A stretch of DNA of 64,000 bases from Octopus sinensis (taxonomy: Eukaryota). The notes under the pieces were generated by a model. It saw only the letters and a program-made list of their open reading frames with translations. It had not been told where the DNA came from and searched no databases. The position numbers and the translations under genes are program-made. Of this stretch, positions 57,201 through 64,000 are shown one piece after another. Location of the stretch: positions 1,674,001-1,738,000 of the forward strand of contig NC_043014.1 of the NCBI RefSeq assembly GCF_006345805.1. Direction: 5' to 3'. Numbering within the stretch: the stretch's first letter is position 1; every line of letters begins with the position of its first letter.

Positions 57201-60200
57201 GCAAGTTTTGTACTCTGGGTCACTTCAATGCCTCAGAAATTGAGTTAAACACCATCCTAATGAGTTTGTAGGTTCAAGTCAGACGTGAATGCTATTTCTA
57301 AAACCTTCTAACCCTCACTGCTATGTCTTTCTTTTGCCAGGTTCATCGGTCAGCCATCCTTCTGGTTTTCTCCATCACATTTTCTTTATGCTGTACAATG
57401 TTTGAATTAATTATTTTCGAAATACTCGGAGTTTTAGATGCAAGGTGAGTATCTTCTTCAACTCAATATAAAAACCTGTCTGTCCACCTAATCCTCTTCA
57501 CCATTTCTCTTATATCTATTCATCATCCTGTAAGTTGAGAAGATACTCTTAAGAACTCTTCACCACTGTCTTCTCTCCTTTTTCCAGCTGCGATAGCCAT
57601 GGATCTTGTTTCTGCTCCTCTATCATACTTTAGCCATTGAGTTACTTGGTGACCTTATTAGTACTTTACAAGTTACTTGGTGACCTCATTAGTACTGTTA
57701 CCGCAGCAAAAGCACTTGGTACACTTTGTAAAATGGCTGGCATTAGAAAGGTCTTTCAGCCATGGTAAAAAAAAAACCCATTGGAGCCCACCACAGTCCT
57801 TCAACTTGTCAGATCCTGTTGGATTGTCCAATTCTTGCCATCTTGAAAGACAGATGTTTAATCTGTGGTGATGATGATGATGCTTATATATAGTTATGTA
57901 TGTTCAAGGCGGCGACCTGGCAGACACGTTAGCACGCTGGGCAAAATGCTTAGCGGTATTTTGTCTGTCGTTACGTTCTGAGTTCAAATTCCGCCGAGGT
58001 CGACTTTGCCTTTCATCCTTTCGGGGTCGATAAATTAAGTACCAGTTTTGCACTGCGGTCAATGTAATCAACTTAATCCCTTTATCTGTCCTTGTTTGTC
58101 CCCTCTATGTTTAGCCCCTTGTGGGTAGTAAAGAAATAGGTATTTCGTCTGCTGCTAAGTTCTGAGTTCAAATTCTGCCGAGGTCGACTTTGCCTTTCAT
58201 CCTTTTGGGATCGATAAATTAAGTACCAGTTTCACACTGGGGTCGATATAATCGACTTAATCCCTTTGTCCTTGTTTGTCCCCTCTATGTTTAGCCCCTT
58301 GTGAGCAATAAAGAAATATATAGTTATGTATGTTCTGTTTGCACTGCTAGTCTGTACAATTGTCTAATCGTATATTATTTCTGATTTTACACAGTTCCAG
58401 ATATTTCCATTGGAAGCTGGGCCTTTATGCAATTTTATTTGTCCTTATTGCTGTCCTCCCTATGCACATAGCCTACTATGTTGTCAGTACGATACGATTA
58501 GGTATGTATAGTCCCGTTCTTCATTTATCTATAAACACACACACTCACGCATATACAATTCACTGTACACGTTTGGTGTTGGTTTCTTTTTCGAATCTTT
58601 CGGTCAGAAGGGAAAGGCATACTCCTGCCCCTGGAATAGGTGCGAGGGAAGGGGGAAAATATCCTCAAATCAGAGATCTGGCTTGTACACTTACAGTGGA
58701 ATAGACTCAACTAAAGATACCCAGATGATGTTACTGTATTTTTTTTTGAGATGCTCTGTGTTTCTTTCAGTTACTTTCAATATAACAAAGAATTTAGTTA
58801 AATAACTTAGTTATCATTCAGTTAGTGTTAAGAACATAAATTGTGACTAAGGTTTGGTGGAAGATTTTAATTCAAAATTTATGAAAACATGACATCTGTA
58901 CTCAGAGCCAGAGCCGGTTTTAGCCGGATTGGTAATGAAAGGGTTAAGCTAGATTAGTGACCCTCAGCTGGGTCCACAAACCCAGGAGATTTTGTTGTTA
59001 GAATTTATGTGCAATGAATTGGTTATTCTTGTACAATAAGCAAAATATTTTAATAGTTCCTGGAGCCTGGTGCAACCATCTGGTTCGCCAGCCCTTAGTC
59101 AAAATCGTCCAACCCATGCTAGCATGGAAAGCGGGTGTTAAACGATGATGATAATGATCTCATTCTAAAAATATAATTGGATTTTTTAAACATGGAGTGG
59201 CTATGGGGGTCCACCCGAGTAAAATAGGAATTCAAGGGGTCCGTAGGCAAAAAAGGGTTCACGAACATTGAGCTAGATGGTGGATTAAATCTATCGCCAG
59301 AGTAGGCCATGGTAGGATTCAAATTCAGACCAAAAATTATGTACTTCAGTGTACTTAGTGTTCTCCCAATGACCTTGGAATGACACTTATTTGACCCTAA
59401 TGAATTTAGAATGACACTTTGTTGACCCTGAAAGATTGCTATTCTGTATCTCTTATGGCCTAGAAGTTCCTCTTGTATTCCTTACCGTGTCTTTTTTTCT
59501 TCGTTCCTCTTCCTGCTAGTTCCTCAGAAGAAACATGTACAGATGATCTTAACAGGAGTGACGTGGTGGATATTTCTCTATTTCTTCTGGAAAATTGGAG
59601 ATCCATTTCCTATTCTTAGCCCTAAACATGGTGAGTGTTGTTTGTTTTTTTATTTTTATTTTTATTTTCCAGACAGGTCGAAAGGTAGGAGACAGACAAA
59701 ACCTTAAGCATTAGATCATTGGAAGCCCACTGTGTGTATGTATATACATCATGAACATCATTTAACATTTGTCTTCCATGCAAGCATGGGTTGACGTCAG
59801 GTAAAATGTAAAGCACCAGTGCTGGTACCACATATAAAGCGCTGGTGTTGGTACCATGTGAAAAATACCCAGTACACTCAGTAGGGTGGTTAAGGTTAGG
59901 AAGGGCATCCAGTTGTAGAAACCATGCCAAAACAGACGACTGAAGTCTGACGTGGCTCTCTCGTTTGCCAGCTCCTGTCAAGCTGTCCAGTGTTAAGAAA
60001 GGAATCCAGCCATAGAAACCATGCCAAAACAGACAACTGGGGTCTGGTGCAGCTCTCTGGCTTGCCAGCTCCTGTCAAGCTGTCCAATCCATGCCAGCAT
60101 GGAAAATGGATGTTAAATGATGACAATGAGGCTCACAGTGAAATATTGTTCCTATATCTTGGATGCTGTTGCTGCCGCCCACAGACTTCCCAGATTTCAC

Positions 60201-63200
60201 AGCCAAAGAAAAGCCCCCTAAATAAATGGCATAAAGTCATTCATTATCTTTATGGTTACACTGCTTTTTGGGGATTCTCATTAATGAGAAGGGAGCCTAT
60301 TTGTGGCTACTCAGCCAGCTAGTAATAGCAACCAAACCGTCCTCAAACCACATCTTAATGTCTTTAAAAAAATCATAAAATAAAGTAGTTCGTAATATTC
60401 AGATACCAAAAAAAAAAAATAAATGAGATGGTCATGGTTAGAATGTCTTTAATTAAAGGTCTGTTAGATCAGGTTCAACATGGGGCCAAAGAACAACCAC
60501 AAAAACCTGGTGCTCTTCATTAATAACTAATCAACAGGTGCTAGTATGGCTGTGTGGTTAAGAAGGTTGCTTCCCAAGCACATGATTCCGAGTTCAGTCC
60601 CACAGCATGGCACCTTGGGCAAGTGTCTTCTACTATAGTCTCAAGCTGACCAGAACCTTGAGTGGATTTGGTAGATGGAAACTGCAAGAAGCCCATTATA
60701 TGTGTGTTAGTGTCTATTTTTGGGTCTGTGTTTGTCCCCACCCCTCCACTGCTTGACAACCGGTGCTGGTTTGTTTATATCCCCATAACTAGTAGCTCTG
60801 CAAAAGAGACTGACAGAATAAGTACAAAGTTTAATTGGAATAAGTTTTGGGGTTGATTCGTTTGACTAAGATCCTTAAAGGCAGTGCCCCAGCATGGCCA
60901 CTGTCGGTTGTCTGAAACAAGGAAAAGAATAAAAGGTAACAGTGAACTCTCCCACCTCTCCTCTCCTTAATGTCTCTTTCTGTCCTTTTCTTCTCCAACA
61001 GGAATCTTCTCCATAGAGCAGTGTATCGGACGGGTTGGTGTCATTGGTGTGACCATAATGGCCCTTTTGTCAGGGTTTGGTGCTGTCAACTGCCCCTACA
61101 CGTACATGTCTTACTTTGTCAGGTAAGTACACATCTGGGTACTACTAGCGAACAGTGGTCCCAGTGCATGCTCTCGCGCATCCGTGCTAGCTAATCGTAA
61201 GTAGTCGATCCTAAAACGACTTGCACCTATGTTTGTATTTCAAGGCTGAATACATATCAAAGAAAATTAAATAATATTTTTCAAACAAAGTAAATAAAAC
61301 GCAAAATAAATAATTTTTTAAACTAAGTAAATAAATTATTTTTAGAAACAAACTAAGGTTAGGGTTAAAAAGTCGTAGGATCGACTGCTTACAACTAGCT
61401 AACGCGAGTGCACGCACCAGGACCACTGTTCGCTAGTAGTACCCACATCTGAAATATCTGCTAGTGAACACCTCACCCCACTACACTTCTCTCTCTTTCT
61501 TTCTTCCTCTCTCTTGTCCTTTGTTATTACTGTGAGAAACATTAGTAATTTCAATTGAGAAATTTAAAATGTCAGTCTTTCCTTTATAACAGTAGAAGCA
61601 CCATCACTTCACACCAGTGTGTGTGTGTATATAAATTGATTATAAAACATGGCTGTTGAATATAGAGGATACAGGCTTTGGCTCATAAGAAACAAAACAA
61701 GATTTCTTAGTTGGATGGATAAAAGCAGCCTCCATGAACAATGCATCATAACTGTGCTGATAATAGATGTTCTGGAAGGATCCTGACCATCCCCATATAA
61801 CCGAAAGTGGACTAACGCATTTTATTAAAATAAACTGTGAGAACTGCTGATTGTCCATATTGGTTATCTTAATTACTTTTTGAGTAGTACAGAGTGTATT
61901 CTGCGGGAACATATTAGTTCTGTGAAAGGCTGTTCTTGATAACCACACCCAAATATTTATTTGGGTAATCCTATTCTTACACCTGACATGGACAACTCTT
62001 GCCATAACAACAAACCAAAAAAGCTGGACATGAGAGATATCTTCCATGATATATAAAAAATGATGGTTATATGTCCTTAATAAGGCGGCAAGCTGGCAGA
62101 AACGTTAGCACACCGGGTGAAATGCATAGCAGTATTTTGTCTGCCGCTACGTTCTGAGTTCAAATGCTGCTGAGGTCGACTTTACCTTTCATTCTTTCGG
62201 GGTCGATTAAATAAGTACCAGTTACACACTGGGGTCGATATAATCAACTTAATCCGTTTGTCTGTCCTTGTTTGTCCTCTCTGTGTTTTGCCCCTTGTGG
62301 GTAGTAAAGAAATAGGTTATATGGCCTTCATTCAAGAGATGACATTACGGTAGAAGATTTAGTTTAAGGAAGGGAAAGAATTCAAGCATATCCCTTTTTA
62401 GGGGAAATAAAATCATATTTCTTTTTTAAGGAAATTATCTCCTATTCATTTTAAGTCTTGTTTTTCCATGCTGTAGTACTGAGGCCTCGTATTACAGCCA
62501 GGTGTCCTTTCTGTTGTTTTTGAGTAAGGGATCTCTTCTTTCATTCCTCTTTGATGAGGTGAATTACCTTTGTCAGAATAATCGGATGCTGAAGGGTTAA
62601 ACATGTATGTGTGCGTGTGTTTGTCAACTGTACAAACGACCTCATTTCTCCACCAGAGACGGACAACATATATATGGAAGTGGTTGCTGTTAGTTTGTCT
62701 GATAACTCTGCTGTTAATCCTAGTCAGCTCCACCTAATTCCATAATTAACCCTACTATTGTCATGTACATTGCTGACCTTGTTGTTAACCCTGCTCGTCT
62801 TTCAAATAGGCACATCACAGATTCGGATATACAGAGCATTGAGAAAAGACTCATCCAAACCATGGACATGATTGTGATGAAGAAAAAACGGTAAGGCAGC
62901 TTTTTTTTATCAAGCCAACTTTCATAACACATCATCATCATCATTGTTTAACATCCATTTTCCATGCTGGCATGGGTTGGATGGTTTGACTGAGGTCCGG
63001 AAAGCCAGCGGCAGCACCAGGCTCTAATTTGATCTGGCAATGTTTCTACAGCTGGATGCCCTTCCCAATGCCAACCACTAGCAGTTAGGCAACACTGGCA
63101 TCGACCATATTCGAATGGTGCTTTTTACCTGCCATCAGCACGGGGGAGCCAGTCAGGCGGATCTGGCAGTGACCCATGCATGAATGGTACTTATCGCATG

Positions 63201-64000
63201 CCACCAACACTGGTATTGGTCACAACTACAAATTCCATTTGATTGTGATTTGATTTGATTTTGATTTACTTGACTTAATAGGTCTCCTCAAGCACAGCAT
63301 GTCACCTGATGATTCAAAGGTACTTTTTAAATGGACTGGTTATGCGACACTGGTGTAGGCTACGGCTGTGATCTCACTTTACTTGCTGGGTCTTCTCAAT
63401 CACAGCACACCTCCAGAAATCTCGGTCTTTCGTCATTACTTCATAACACATATTCTAAAACCCATATTTTTAGTTGTACATTCATCTGTAGTTATTGAGA
63501 AGCCCAGTCACTGAGACAGCCGTAAGTCTCCCTGATTTCACCAAAAAGAAGGACCAGTGTTGGTTTGATGACAACACCGATGGAATCAGGTGATTCATTG
63601 ACAGAAAGTGAATGGTTCAGACATCGCATGAATATGGCCTACAATCAAAACATATGGAAAATTTGTTATCACAAATTCAGACCCCAACATCAAACCAAAC
63701 TCAGAGAAATAGGGAACTGGTGCCAACAGAAGTGTGTAGATAACTTGGAGCTGTAAATTCTAGAGATCTTCAAAACCCCTTCTATGCACATGTGCGCCCT
63801 AACAGGTCATTATTTCCACGTTGCCCTCGGTATCTCGGAATGATATCTGCTAAATAAATGGTAATTTATATGACTACAGGCTCTCAGTGTTTGTTATTCC
63901 TCCAAGACCCACACCTTTTTATATGCAAATAAATAATGTCTTAAAATACCTGTAAAGGTGATATGTATTATAATTGTTTCTCTTGGTCTCTCTTAGGATT
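51201..64000 (+). CDS. GPR89: Golgi pH regulator (GPHR/GPR89), N-terminal half; gene continues beyond the right edge
   Basis: Exons 51201-51245, 54682-54741, 57341-57444, 58395-58501, 59520-59630, 61002-61122, 62810-62890 and the start of exon 8 at 63997. Motifs: [85 protein letters not shown]. Phases are consistent. Confidence 0.96.
51930..52045. repeat. 33-bp tandem repeat of double hairpins, ~3.4 units
   Basis: TTTAGGACTCTAAAAGTAAGGATCGTCCTTGCT x3. Confidence 0.85.
52941..53550 (-). mobile_element. Probable retroposon of unknown family with an (AAT)n-type end
   Basis: Sharp compositional block bounded by ATT/AAT repeats; no second copy in the window. Confidence 0.4.
54682..54741 (+). CDS. 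GPR89: GPR89 exon 2 ([20 protein letters not shown])
   Basis: 60 nt, ttttcag / GTGAGT. Confidence 0.95.
55909..56301 (-). mobile_element. Non-autonomous Helitron
   Basis: Minus strand A|TCTCTATATATATAAAGC...ATACTGCTAG|T; same 3' end as the 41350 copy. Confidence 0.8.
56728..57290 (-). mobile_element. Mariner transposon, 3' half with one TIR
   Basis: [46 protein letters not shown]; TA|TTGGGTCATCCCATAAATAATG terminus. Confidence 0.85.
57341..57444 (+). CDS. GPR89: GPR89 exon 3
   Basis: [34 protein letters not shown], 104 nt. Confidence 0.95.
57906..58315 (+). mobile_element. Dimeric family B SINE with a 20-bp TSD
   Basis: Full copy plus head-less second copy, flanked by ATATATAGTTATGTATGTTC at 57886 and 58316. 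Confidence 0.85.
58395..58501 (+). CDS. GPR89: GPR89 exon 4
   Basis: [15 protein letters not shown]...STIRL, 107 nt. Confidence 0.94.
58715..58943. mobile_element. piggyBac-type MITE, same family as 18981-19414, without the nested insert
   Basis: ...GGTAATGAAAGGG|TTAA; internal homology to 18981-19414. Confidence 0.7.
59520..59630 (+). CDS. GPR89: GPR89 exon 5
   Basis: ...[16 protein letters not shown], 111 nt. Confidence 0.94.
61002..61122 (+). CDS. GPR89: GPR89 exon 6
   Basis: [39 protein letters not shown], 121 nt. Confidence 0.96.
61137..61444. mobile_element. Young TIR element (MITE) with a 6-bp TSD
   Basis: ACATCT|GGGTACTACTAGCGAACAGTGGTCC...GGACCACTGTTCGCTAGTAGTACCC|ACATCT; 25-bp perfect TIR extending imperfectly to ~85 bp. 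Confidence 0.9.
62083..62314 (+). mobile_element. SINE family B copy with an imperfect ~14-bp TSD
   Basis: GGTTATATGTCCTT on the left, GGTTATATGGCCTT on the right. Confidence 0.85.
62810..62890 (+). CDS. GPR89: GPR89 exon 7
   Basis: [26 protein letters not shown], 81 nt. Confidence 0.94.
62935..63445 (-). mobile_element. RTE LINE 3' end: ORF2 terminus, 3' UTR and (GAT)n tail
   Basis: Minus strand [22 protein letters not shown] followed by the AGGAAGGGCATCCAGCTGTAGAAAC...CATGCTAGCATGGAAA...(GAT)n segment seen in many shorter copies. Confidence 0.7.
63500..63800 (+). mobile_element. Decayed RTE-type LINE ORF2 fragment
   Basis: [16 protein letters not shown] resembles the DWFDENDEEI inter-domain motif; stops and frameshifts. 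Confidence 0.5.

Overview
AT-rich, microsatellite- and retroposon-dense animal DNA. I infer a coleoid cephalopod, most likely Octopus, from the SINE/RTE families I recognise; this is not verified by a search. Two protein-coding genes lie head-to-head with 730 bp between their ATGs. On the minus strand is a USP25/USP28-family deubiquitinase: 21 coding exons reconstructed from 50470 down to 29, all GT-AG with consistent phases, 941 codons, continuing past the left edge. On the plus strand is GPR89 (Golgi pH regulator): exons 1-7 plus the start of exon 8, continuing past the right edge. Introns hold tRNA-derived SINEs, RTE LINE fragments, non-autonomous Helitrons, decayed mariners, piggyBac-type and unclassified MITEs, and Penelope-like remnants. 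Most notable observations: (1) two intact type-I hammerhead ribozyme cores in tandem, in the sense orientation of USP25 intron 6, next to a ~736-bp foldback, inside a stack of (AT)n-bounded elements; (2) a cluster of NF-kB-like sites in the shared bidirectional promoter; (3) a 30-bp hairpin minisatellite whose divergence is mostly CpG decay; (4) a polyQ16 between the SUMO-interacting motif and the first UIM of USP25. All coordinates were read by hand; repeat boundaries are approximate.
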